64,000 nt of DNA from Eledone cirrhosa. Its lineage: Eukaryota. How positions within the stretch are numbered: position 1 is the first letter of the stretch; the number at the start of each line of letters is the position of its first letter. The position numbers were made by a program, and so were the translations under genes. Shown one piece after another: positions 17,401-33,400 of this stretch. The notes below the pieces were generated by a model. It was not told where the DNA came from, did not search any database, and saw nothing but the letters and a program-made list of their open reading frames with translations. The stretch covers positions 90,334,001 to 90,398,000 of the forward strand of contig OZ024743.1 in the NCBI GenBank assembly GCA_964016885.1. The letters are read 5' to 3'.

Positions 17401-18062
17401 ACTGTATCTATACAGTCAACATCTACACACTGTATCTATCTATATAGTCAACATCTACACACTGTATCTATATAGACAACATCTACACACTGTATCTATA
17501 CAGTCAACATCTACACACTGTATCTATATCTATATAGTCAACATCTACACACTGTATCTTTCTATACAGTCAACATCTACACACTGTATCTATATACTCA
17601 ACATCTATGCACTGTATCTATATAGTCAACATCTACACACTGTATCTATATAGTCAACATCTACACACTGTATCTATCTATACAGTCAACATCTACACAC
17701 TGTATCTATATATATAGTCAACATCTACACACTGTTCTATATAGTCAACATCTACACACTATCTATATAGTCAACATCTACACACTATCTATATAGTCAA
17801 CATCTACACACTGTATCTATCTATATAGTCAACATTTACACACTGTATCTATCTATACAGTCAACATCTACACACTGTATCTATCTATACAGTCAACATC
17901 TACACACTGTATCTATATAGTCAACATCTACACACTGTATCTATATATATTGTCAACATCTACACACTGTATCTATATAGTCAACATCTACACACTGTAT
18001 CTATATATATAGTCAACATCTACACACTGTATCTATATATATAGTCAACATCTACACACTGT

Positions 18063-19166
18063 ATCTATCTATACAGTCAACATCTACACACTGTATCTAT
18101 ATATATAGTCCACATCTACACACTGTATCTTTCTATACAGTCAACATCTACACACTGTATCTATCTATACAGTCAACATCTACACACTGTGTCTATCTAT
18201 ACAGTCAACATCTACACACTCTATATATACAGTCAACATCTACACACTGTATCTATATATATAGTCAACATCTACACACTGTATCTATATAGTCAACATC
18301 TACACACTGTATCTATCTATATAGTCAACATCTACACACTGTATCTATCTATACAGTCAACATCTACACACTGTATCTATCTATACAGTCAACATCTACA
18401 CACTGTATCTATATAGTCAACATCTACACACTGTATCTATCTATACAGTCAACATCTACACACTGTATCTATATAGTCAACATCTACACACTGTATCTAT
18501 CTATATAGTCAACATCTACACACTGTATCTATATAGTCAAAATCTACACAGTGTATCTATATATATAGTCAACATCTACACACTGTATCTATATAGTCAA
18601 CATCTACACACTGCATCTATCTATACAGTCAACATCTACACACTGTATCTATATATATAGTCCACATCTACACACTGTATCTTTCTATACAGTCAACATC
18701 TACACACTGTATCTATCTATACAGTCAACATCTACACACTGTGTCTATCTATACAGTCAACATCTACACACTCTATATATACAGTCAACATCTACACACT
18801 GTATCTATATATATAGTCAACATCTACACACTGTATCTATATAGTCAACATCTACACACTGTATCTATCTATATAGTCAACATCTACACACTGTATCTAT
18901 CTATACAGTCAACATCTACACACTGTATCTATCTATACAGTCAACATCTACACACTGTATCTATATAGTCAACATCTACACACTGTATCTATCTATACAG
19001 TCAACATCTACACACTGTATCTATATAGTCAACATCTACACACTGTATCTATCTATATAGTCAACATCTACACACTGTATCTATATAGTCAAAATCTACA
19101 CACTGTATCTATATATATAGTCAACATCTACACACTGTATCTATATAGTCAACATCTACACACTGT
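18063..19166. repeat. Tandem duplication with a 552-bp unit
   Basis: GTCCACATC at 18108/18660, plus TCTTTC, CTCTATATATAC and GTCAAAATC variants, recur at +552. Identical ORFs start at 18189 and 18741. One substitution was seen (18551 G vs 19103 C). Confidence 0.9.
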
Positions 19167-22100
19167 ATATAAACAGTCAACATCTACACACTGCATCTAT
19201 CTATACAGTCAACATCTACACACTGTATCTATATAGTCAACATCTACACACTGTATCTATCTATATAGTCAACATCTATACACTGTATTTATATAGTCAA
19301 CATCTACACACTGTATCTATACAGGCAACATCTACATACTGTATCTATCTATATAGTCAACATCTATACACTGTATTTATATAGTCAACATCTACACACT
19401 GTATCTATCTATACTGTCAACATCTACACACTGTATCTATCTATACAGTCAAATTCTACACACTGTGTCTATCTATCCAGTCAACATCTACACACTGTAT
19501 CTATACAGTCAACATCGACACACTGTATCTATACAGCCAACATCTACACACTGTATCTATATAGTCAGCATCTACACACTGTATCTATATATATAGTCAA
19601 CATCTACACTGTATCTATATAGTCAACATCTACACACTGTATCTATATAGTCAACATCTACACACTGTATCTATACAGTCAACATCTACACACTGTATCT
19701 ATACAGTCAACATCTACACACTATCTATACAGTCAACATCTACACGCTGTATCTATCTATACAATCAACATCTACACACTGTATCTATCTATATAGTCAA
19801 CATCTATACACTGTATCTATATAGTCAACATCTACACACTGTATCTATCTATACAGTCAACATCTACACACTGTATCTATACAGTCAACATCTACACACT
19901 GTATCTATATAGTCAACATCTACACACTGTATCTATATAGTCAACGTCTACACACTGTATCTATATAGTCAACATCTACACACTGTATCTATCTATATAG
20001 TCAACATCTACACACTGTATCTATACAGTCAACATCTACACACTGTATCTATCTATATAGTCAACATCTACACACTGTATCTATATAGTCAACATCTACA
20101 CACGGTATCTATATAGTCAACATCTACACACTGTATCTATATAGTCAACATCTACACACTGTATCTATATAGTCAACATCTACACACTGTATCTATACGG
20201 TCAACATCTACACACTGTATCTATCTTTACAGTCAACATCTATACACTGTATCTATATAGGCAACATCTACACACTGTATTTATATAGTCAACATCTACA
20301 CACTGTATCTATCTATACAGTCAACATCTACACACTGTATCTATACAGTCAACATCTACACACTGTATCTATATAGTCAACATCTACACACTGTATCTAT
20401 ATAGTCAACATCTACACACTGTATCTATACAGTCAACATCTACACACTGTACCTATACAGTCAACATCTACACACTGTATCTATCTATATAGTCAACATC
20501 TACACACTGTATCTATCTATACAGTCAATATCTACACACTGTATCTATCTATACAGTCAACATCTACACACTGTGTCTATATAGTCAACATCTACACACT
20601 GTATCTATATATATAGTCAACATCTACACACTCTATCTATATAGTCAACATCTACACACTGTATCTATATATATAGTCAACATCTACACACTGTATCTAT
20701 ATATATAGTCAACATCTACACACTGTATCTATCTATACAGTCAACATCTACACACTGTATCTATATATATATAGTCAACATCTACACACTGTATCTTTCT
20801 ATACAGTCAACATCTACACACTGTATCTATACAGTCAACATCTACACACTGTATCTATCTATACAGTCAACATCTACACACTGTGTCTATCTATACAGTC
20901 AACATCTACACACTGTATATATACAGTCAACATCTACACACTGTATCTATATAGTCAACATCTACACACTGTATCTATACAGTCAACATCTACACACTGT
21001 ATCTATACAGTCAACATCTACACACTGTATCTATCTATACAGTCAACATCTACACAGGGTATCTATATAGTCAACACCTACACACTGTATCTATCTATAC
21101 AGTCAACATCTACACACTATATAGATATAGTCAACATCTACACACTGTATCTATCTATACTGTCAACATCTACACACTGTATCTATCTATACAGTCAACA
21201 TCTACACACTGTATCTATACAGTCAACATCTACACACTAACTATACAGTCAAAATCTACACACTGTATCTATCTATATAGTCAATATCTACACACTGTAT
21301 CTATATAGTCAACATCTACACATTGTATCTATCTATACAGTCAACATCTACACACTGTATCTATATAGTCAACATCTACACACTGTATCTATACAGTCAA
21401 CATCTACACACTGTATCTATCTATACAGTCAACATCTATACACTGTATCTATATAGTCAACATCTACACACTGTATCTATATAGTCAACATCTACACACT
21501 GTATCTATCTATAAAGTCAACATCTACACACTGTATCTATCTATAAAGGCAACATCTACACACCGTATCTATCTATATAGTCAACATCTACACACTGTAT
21601 CTATATAGTCAACATCTACACACTGTATCTATATAGTCAACATCTACACACTGTATCTATATAGTCAACATCTACACACTGTATCTATATATTCAACATC
21701 TACACACTGTATCTATATAGTCAACATCTACACACTGTATCTATACAGTCAACATCTACACGCTGAATCTATCTATACAGTCAATATCTATACACTGTAT
21801 CTATCTATACAGTCAACATCTATACACTGTATCTATATAGGCAACATCTACACACTGTATCTATACAGTCAACATCTACACACTGTATCTATACAGTCAA
21901 CATCTACACACTGTATCTATCTATATAGTCAACATCTACACACTGTATCTATATAGTCAACATCTACACACTGTATCTATATAGTCAACATCTACACACT
22001 GTATCTATATAGTCAACATCTACACACTGTATCTATGTAGTCAACATCTACACACTGTATCTATATAGTCAACATCTACACACTGTATCTATACAGTCAA

Positions 22101-24459
22101 CATCTACATGCTGTATCTATCTATACAGTCAATATCTATACACTGTATCTATATAGTCAACATCTACACACTGTATCTATCTATACAGTCAACATCTATA
22201 CACTGTATCTATATAGGCAACATCTACACACTGTATCTATACAGTCAACATCTACACACTGTATCTATACAGTCAACATCTACACACTGTATCTATCTAT
22301 ATAGTCAACATCTACACACTGTATCTATATAGTCAACATCTACACACTGTATCTATATAGTCAACATCTACACACTGTATCTATATAGTCAACATCTACA
22401 CACTGTATCTATCTATATAGTCAACATCTACACTGTATCTATACAGTCAACATCTACACACTGTATCTATACAGTCAACATCTACACACTGTATTTATAT
22501 AGTCAACATCTACACACTGTATCTATCTATACAGTCAACATCTACACACTGTATCTATACAGTCAACATCTACACACTGTATCTATATAGTCAACATCTA
22601 CACACTGTATCTATATAGTCAACATCTACACACTGTATCTATATAGTCAACATCTACACGCTGTATCTATCTATACAGTCAATATCTATACACTGTATCT
22701 ATATAGTCAACATCTACACACTGTATCTATCTATACAGTCAACATCTATACACTGTATCTATACAGTCAACATCTACACACTGTATCTATACAGTCAACA
22801 TCTACACACTGTATCTATCTATATAGTCAACATCTACACACTGTATCTATATAGTCAACATCTACACACTGTATCTATATAGTCAACATCTACACACTGT
22901 ATCTATATAGTCAACATCTACACACTGTATCTATCTATACAGGCAACATCTACACACTGTATCTATACAGTCAACATCTACACACTGTATCTATACAGTC
23001 AACATCTACACACTGTATCTATCTATATAGTCAACATCTACACACTGTATCTATATAGTCAACATCTACACACTGTATCTATATAGTCAACATCTACACA
23101 CTGTATCTATATAGTCAACATCTACACACTGTATCTATATAGTCAACATCTACACACTGTATCTATATAGTCAACATCTACACACTCTATCTATACAGTC
23201 AACATCTACACGCTGTATCTATCTATACAGTCAATATCTATACACTGTATCTATATAGTCAACATCTACACACTGTATCTATCTATACAGTCAACATCTA
23301 TACACTGTATCTATATAGGCAACATCTACACACTGTATCTATACAGTCAACATCTACACACTGTATCTATACAGTCAACATCTACACACTGTATCTATCT
23401 ATATAGTCAACATCTACACACTGTATCTATATAGTCAACATCTACACACTGTATCTATCTATACAGTCAACATCTACACACTATATCTATACAGTCAACA
23501 TCTACACACTGTATTTATATAGTCAACATCTACACACTGTATCTATCTATACAGTCAACATGTACACACTGTATCTATACAGTCAACATCTATACACTGT
23601 GACTATCTATACAGTCAGCATCTACATACTTTCTGTATCTATATAGTCAACATCTACACACTGTATCTATCTATACAGTCAACATCTACACACTGTATCT
23701 ATATAGTCAACATCTACACACTGTATCTATATAGTCAACATCTACACACTGTATCTATCTATATAGTCAACATCTATACACTTTATTTATATAGTCAACA
23801 TCTACACACTGTATCTATACAGGCAACATCTACATACTGTATCTATCTATATAGTCAACATCTATACACTGTATTTATATAGTCAACATCTACACACTGT
23901 ATCTATCTATACTGTCAACATCTACACACTGTATCTATCTATACAGTCAAAATCTACACACTGTGTCTATCTATCCAGTCAACATCTACACACTGTATCA
24001 ATACAGTCAACATCGACACACTGTATCTAAACAGCCAACATCTACAGACTGTATCTATATAGTCAACATCTACACACTGTATCTATATATATAGTCAACA
24101 TCTACAAACTGAATCTATATAGTCAACATCTACACACGGTATCTATACAGTCAACATCTACACACACTATCTATACAGTCAACATCTACACACTGTATCT
24201 ATCTATACAATCAACATCTACACACTGTATCTATCTATATAGTCAACATCTATACACTGTATCTATATAGTCAACATCTACACACTGTATCTATCTATAC
24301 AGTCAACATCTACACACTGTATCTATACAGTCAACATCTACACACTGTATCTATATAGTCAACATCTACACACTGTATCTATATAGTCAACATCTACACA
24401 CTGTATCTATATAGTCAACATCTACACACTGTATCTATCTATATAGTCAACATCTACAC

Positions 24460-27400
24460 ACTGTATCTATACAGTCAATATCTACACACTGTAACTATCT
24501 ATATAGTCAACATCTACACACTGTATCTATATAGTCAACATCTACACACTGTATCTATATAGTCAACATCTACACACTGTATCTATATAGTCAACATCTA
24601 CACACTGTATCTATATAGTCAACATCTACACACTGTATCTATACGGTCAACATCTACACACTGTATCTATCTATACAGTCAACATCTATACACTGTATCT
24701 ATATAGGAAACATCTACACACTGTATCTATACAGTCAACATCTACACACTGTACCTATACAGTCAACATCTAAACACCGTATCTATCTATATAGTCAACA
24801 TCTACACACTGTATCTATCTATACAGTCAACATCTACACACTGTATCTATCTATACAGTCAACATCTACACACTGTATCTATATAGTCAACATCTACACA
24901 CTGTATCTATATATATAGTCAACATCTACACACTGTATCTATATAGTCAACATCTACACACTGTATCTATATATATAGTCAACTTCTACACACTGTATCT
25001 ATGTATATAGTCAACATCTACTCACTGTGTCTATCTATACAGTCAACAACTACACACTGTATCTATCTATACAGTCAACATCTACACACTGTATCTATAT
25101 ATATATAGTCAACATCTACACACTGTATCTTTCTATACAGTCAACATCTACACACTGTATCTATACAGTCAACATCTACACACTGTATATATCTATACAG
25201 TCAACATCTACACACTGTGTTTATCTATACAGTCAACATCTACACACTGTATATATACAGTCAACATCTACACACTGTATCTATATAGTCAACATCTACA
25301 CACTGTATCTATACAGTCAGCATCTACACACTGTATCTATACAGTCAACATCTACACACTGTATCTATCTATACAGTCAACATCTACACAGGGTATCTAT
25401 ATAGTCAACACCTACACACTGTATCTATCTATACAGTCAACATCTACACACTATATCTATATAGTCAACATCTACACACTGTATCTATCTATACTGTCAA
25501 CATCTACACACTGTATCTATCTATACAGTCAACATCTACACACTGTGTCTATCTATACAGTCAACATCTACACACTGTATCTATAGTCAACATCTACACA
25601 CTATCTATACAGTCAAAATCTACACACTGTATCTCTCTATATAGTCAACATCTACACACTGTATCTATATAGTCAACATCTACACATTGTATCCATCTAT
25701 ACAGTCAACATCTACACACTGTATCTATATAGTCAACATCTACACACTGTATCTATACAGTCAACATCTACACACTGTATCTATCTATACAGTCAACATC
25801 TATACACTGTATCTATATAGTCAACATCTACACACTGTATCTATATAGTCAACATCTACACACTGTATCTATCTATAAAGTCAACATCTACACACTGTAT
25901 CTATCTATAAAGTCAACATCTACACACTGTATCTATCTATATAGTCAACATCTACACACTGTATCTATATAGTCAACATCTACACACTGTATCTATATAG
26001 TCAACATCTACACACTGTATCTATATAGTCAACATCTACACACTGTATCTATATAGTCAACATCTACACACTGTATCTATACAGTCAACATCTACACGCT
26101 GTATCTATCTATACAGTCAATATCTATACACTGTATCTATATAGTCAACATCTACACACTGTATCTATACAGTCAACATCTACACACTGTATCTATCTAT
26201 ATAGTCAACATCTACACACTGTATCTATATAGTCAACATCTACACACTGTATCTATATAGTCAACATCTACACACTGCATCTATATAGTCAACATCTACA
26301 CACTGTATCTATATAGTCAACATATACACACTGTATCTATATAGTCAACATCTACACACTGTATCTATACAGTCAACATCTACACGCTGTATCTATCTAT
26401 ACAGTCAACATCTATACACTGTATCTATATAGGCAACATCTACACACTGTATCTATACAGTCAACATCTACACGCTGTATCTATACAGTCAACATCTACA
26501 CACTATCTATACAGTCAAAATCTACACACTGTATCTCTCTATATAGTCAACATCTACACACTGTATCTATATAGTCAACATCTACAAATTGTATCTATCT
26601 ATACGGTCAACATCTACACACTGTATCTATATAGTCAACATCTACACACTGTATCTATACAGTCAACATCTACACACTGTATCTATCTATACAGTCAACA
26701 TCTATACACTGTATCTATATAGTCAACATCTACACACTGTATCTATATAGTCAACATCTACACACTGTATCTATCTATAAAGTCAACATCTACACACTGT
26801 ATCTATCTATATAGTCAACATCTACACACTGTATCTATATCGTCAACATCTACACACTGTATCTATATAGTCAACATCTACACACTGTATCTATATAGTC
26901 AACGTCTACACACTGTATCTATATAGTCAACATCTACACACTGTATCTATACGGTCAACATCTACACACTGTATCTATCTATACAGTCAACATCTATACA
27001 CTGTATCTATATAGGCAACATCTACACACTGTATCTATACAGTCAACATCTACACACTGTACCTATACAGTCAACATCTACACACCGTATCTATCTATAT
27101 AGTCAACATCTACACACTGTATCTATCTATACAGTCAACATCTACACACTGTATCTATCTATACAGTCAACATCTACACACTGTATCTATATAGTCAACA
27201 TCTACACACTGTATCTATATATATAGTCAACATCTACACACTGTATCTATATAGTCAACATCTACACACTGTATCTATATATATATAGTCAACATCTACA
27301 CACTGTATCTTTCTATACAGTCAACATCTACACACTGTATCTATACAGTCAACATCTACACACTGTATATATCTATACAGTCAACATCTACACACTGTGT

Positions 27401-30400
27401 CTATCTATACAGTCAACATCTACACACTGTATATATACAGTCAACATCTACACACTGTATCTATATAGTCAACATCTACACACTGTATCTATACAGTCAA
27501 CATCTACACACTGTATCTATACAGTCAACATCTACACACTGTATCTATCTATACAGTCAACATCTACACAGGGTATCTATATAGTCAACACCTACACACT
27601 GTATCTATCTATACAGTCAACATCTACACACTATATCTATATAGTCAACATCTACACACTGTATCTATCTATACTGTCAACATCTACACACTGTATCTAT
27701 CTATACAGTCAACATCTACACACTGTGTCTATCTATACAGTCAACATCTACACACTGTATCTATACAGTCAACATCTACACACTATCTATACAGTCAAAA
27801 TCTACACACTGTATCTCTCTATATAGTCAACATCTACACACTGTATCTATATAGTCAACATCTACACTTTGTATCTATCTATACAGTCAACATCTACACA
27901 CTGTATCTATATAGTCAACATCTACACACTGTATCTATACAGTCAACATCTACACACTGTATCTATCTATACAGTCAACATCTATACACTGTATCTATAT
28001 AGTCAACATCTACACACTGTATCTATATAGTCAACATCTACACACTGTATCTATCTATAAAGTCAACATCTACACACTGTATCTATCTATAAAGTCAACA
28101 TCTACACACTGTATCTATCTATATAGTCAACATCTACACACTGTATCTATATAGTCACCATCTACACACTGTATCTATATAGTCAACATCTACACACTGT
28201 ATCTATATAGTCAACATCTACACACTGTATCTATACAGTCAACATCTACACGCTGTATCTATCTATACAGTCAATATCTATACACTGTATCTATATAGTC
28301 AACATCTACACACTGTATCTATCTATACAGTCAACATCTATACACTGTATCTATATAGGCAACATCTACACACTGTATCTATACAGTCAACATCTACACA
28401 CTGTATCTATACAGTCAAAATCTACACACTGTATCTATCTATATAGTCAACATCTACACACTGTATCTATATAGTCAACATCTACACACTGTATCTATAT
28501 AGTCAACATCTACACACTGCATCTATATAGTCAACATCTACACACTGTATCTATATAGTCAACATCTACACACTGTATCTATATAGTCAACATCTACACA
28601 CTGTATCTATACAGTCAACATCTACACGCTGTATCTATCTATACAGTCAATATCTATACACTCTATCTATATAGTCAACATCTACACACTGTATCTATCT
28701 ATACAGTCAACATCTATACACTGTATCTATATAGGCAACATCTACACACTGTATCTATACAGTCAACATCTACACACTGTATCTATACAGTCAACATCTA
28801 CACACTATCTATACAGTCAAAATCTACACACTGTATCTCTCTATATAGTCAACATCTACACACTTTATCTATATAGTCAACATCTACAAATTGCATCTAT
28901 CTATACAGTCAATATCTACACACTGTATCTATACAGTCAACATCTACACACTGTATCTATACAGTCAACATTTACACACTGTATCTATCTATACAGTCAA
29001 CATCTATACACTGTATCTATATAGTCAACATCTACACACTGTATCTATATAGTCAACATCTACACACTGTATCTATCTATAAAGTCAACATCTACACACT
29101 GTATCTATCTATAAAGTCAACATCTACACACTGTATCTATCTATATAGTCAACATCTACACACTGTATCTATATCGTCAACATCTACACACTGTATCTAT
29201 ATAGTCAAGATCTACACACTGTATCTATATAGTCAACATCTACACACTGTATCTATATAGTCAACATCTACACACTGTATCTATATAGTCAACATCTACA
29301 CACTGTATCTATATAGTCAACATCTACACACTGTATCTATACAGTCAACATCTACACGCTGTATCTATCTATACAGTCAATATCTATACACTGTATCTAT
29401 ATAGTCAACATCTACACACTGTATCTATCTATACAGTCAACATCTATACACTGTATCTATATAGGCAACATCTACACACTGTATCTATACAGTCAACATC
29501 TACACACTGTATCTATACAGTCAACATCTACACACTGTATCTATCTATATAGTCATCATCTACACACTGTATCTATATAGTCAACATCTACACACTGTAT
29601 CTATATAGTCAACATCTACACACTGTATCTATATAGTCAACATCTACACACTGTATCTATATAGTCAACATCTACACACTGTATCTATATATTCAACATC
29701 TACACACTGTATCTATACAGTCAACATCTACACGCTGTATCTATCTATACAGTTAATATCGATACACTGTATCTATATAGTCAACATCTACACACTGTAT
29801 CTATCTATACAGTCAACATCTATACACTGTATCTATATAGGCAACATCTACACACTGTATCTATACAGTCAACATCTACACACTGTATCTATCTATATAG
29901 TCAACATCTACACACTGTATCTATACAATCAACATCTACACACTGTATCTATCTATATAGTCAACATCTACACACTGTATCTATCTATATAGTCAACATC
30001 TACACACTGTATCTATATAGTCAACATCTACACACTGTATCTATCTATACAGTCAACATCTATACACTGTATCTATATAGGCAACATCTACACACTGTAT
30101 CTATACAGTCAACATCTACACACTGTATCTATACAGTCAACATCTACACACTGTATCTATCTATATAGTCAACATTTACACACTGTATCTATATAGTCAA
30201 CATCTACACACTGTATCTATACAGTCAACATCTACACACTGTATTTATATAGTCAACATCTACACACTGTATCTATCTATACAGTCAACATGTACACACT
30301 GTATCTATACAGTCAACATCTATACACTGTATCTATCTATACAGTCGACATCTACACACTGTATCTATCTATATAGTCAACATCTACACACTGTATCTAT

Positions 30401-33400
30401 ATAGTCAACATCTACACACTGTATCTATATAGTCAACATCTACACACTGTATCTATATAGTCAACATCTACACACTGTATCTATATAGTCAACATCTCCA
30501 CACTGTATCTATACAGTCAACATCTACACACTGTATCTATACAGTCAACATCTACACACTGAATCTATCTATACAGTCAACATGGACACACTGTATCTAT
30601 CTATATAGTCAACATCTACACATTGTATCTATATAGTCAACATCTACACACTGTATCTATACAGTCAACATCTACACACTGTATCTATACAGTCAACATC
30701 TACACACTGTATCTATACAGTCAACATCTACACACTGTATCTATCTATACAGTCAACATCTACACACTGTATCTATATAGTCAACATCTACACACTGTAT
30801 CTATGTATAGAGTCAACATCTACACACTGTATCTATCTATACAGTCAACATCTACACACTGTATCTATATAGTCAACATCTACACACTGTATCTATACAG
30901 TCAACATCTACACACTGTATCTATCTATACAGTCAACATCTATACACTGTATCTATATAGTCAACATCTACACACTGTATCTATATAGTCAACATCTACA
31001 CACTGTATCTATCTATAAAGTCAACATCTACACACTGTATCTATCTATAAAGGCAACATCTACACACCGTATCTATCTATATAGTCAACATCTACACACT
31101 GTATCTATATAGTCAACATCTACACACTGTATCTATATAGTCAACATCTACACACTGTATCTATATAGTCAACATCTACACACTGTATCTATATAATCAA
31201 CATCTACACACTGTATCTATATAGTCAACATCTACACACTGTATCTATACAGTCAACATCTACACGCTGAATCTATCTATACAGTCAATATCTATACACT
31301 GTATCTATCTATACAGTCAACATCTATACACTGTATCTATATAGGCAACATCTACACACTGTATCTATACAGTCAACATCTACACACTGTATCTATACAG
31401 TCAACATCTACACACTGTATCTATCTATATAGTCAACATCTACACACTGTATCTATATAGTCAACATCTACACACTGTATCTATATAGTCAACATCTACA
31501 CACTGTATCTATATAGTCAACATCTACACACTGTATCTATGTAGTCAACATCTACACACTGTATCTATATAGTCAACATCTACACACTGTATCTATACAG
31601 TCAACATCTACATGCTGTATCTATCTATACAGTCAATATATATACACTGTATCTATATAGTCAACATCTACACACTGTATCTATCTATACAGTCAACATC
31701 TATACACTGTATCTATATAGGCAACATCTACACACTGTATCTATACAGTCAACATCTACACACTGTATCTATACAGTCAACATCTACACACTGTATCTAT
31801 CTATATAGTCAACATCTACACACTGTATCTATATAGTCAACATCTACACACTGTATCTATATAGTCAACATCTACACACTGTATCTATATAGTCAACATC
31901 TACACACTGTATCTATCTATATAGTCAACATCTACACTGTATCTATACAGTCAACATCTACACACTGTATCTATACAGTCAACATCTACACACTGTATTT
32001 ATATAGTCAACATCTACACACTGTATCTATCTATACAGTCAACATCTACACACTGTATCTATACAGTCAACATCTACACACTGTATCTATATAGTCAACA
32101 TCTACACACTGTATCTATATAGTCAACATCTACACACTGTATCTATATAGTCAACATCTACACACTGTATCTATATAGTCAACATCTACACGCTGTATCT
32201 ATCTATACAGTCAATATCTATACACTGTATCTATATAGTCAACATCTACACACTGTATCTATCTATACAGTCAACATCTATACACTGTATCTATACAGTC
32301 AACATCGACACACTGTATCTATACAGTCAACATCTACACACTGTATCTATACAGTCAATATCTACACACTGTAACTATCTATATAGTCAACATCTACACA
32401 CTGTATCTATATAGTCAACATCTACACACTGTATCTATATAGTCAACATCTACACACTGTATCTATATAGTCAACATCTACACACTGTATCTATATAGTC
32501 AACATCTACACACTGTATCTATACGGTCAACATCTACACACTGTATCTATCTATACAGTCAACATCTATACACTGTATCTATATAGGCAACATCTACACA
32601 CTGTATCTATACAGTCAACATCTACACACTGTACCTATACAGTCAACATCTAAACACCGTATCTATCTATATAGTCAACATCTACACACTGTATCTATCT
32701 ATACAGTCAACATCTACACACTGTATCTATCTATACAGTCAACATCTACACACTGTATCTATATAGTCAACATCTACACACTGTATCTATATATATAGTC
32801 AACATCTACACACTGTATCTATATAGTCAACATCTACACACTGTATCTATATATATAGTCAACTTCCACACACTGTATCTATGTATATAGTCAACATCTA
32901 CACACTGTGTCTATCTATACAGTCAACAACTACACACTGTATCTATCTATACAGTCAACATCTACACACTGTATCTATATATATATAGTCAACATCTACA
33001 CACTGTATCTTTCTATACAGTCAACATCTACACACTGTATCTATACAGTCAACATCTACACACTGTATATATCTATACAGTCAACATCTACACACTGTGT
33101 TTATCTATACAGTCAACATCTACACACTGTATATATACAGTCAACATCTACACACTGTATCTATATAGTCAACATCTACACACTGTATCTATACAGTCAG
33201 CATCTACACACTGTATCTATACAGTCAACATCTACACACTGTATCTATCTATACAGTCAACATCTACACAGGGTATCTATATAGTCAACACCTACACACT
33301 GTATCTATCTATACAGTCAACATCTACACACTATATCTATATAGTCAACATCTACACACTGTATCTATCTATACTGTCAACATCTACACACTGTATCTAT

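Noticed and set aside
18541-18560. CACAGTG at 18551 as another intermediate of the GGG series
   Set aside because: The context differs (no following CAACACC monomer) and its +552 sister has the consensus base, so it is an independent substitution.
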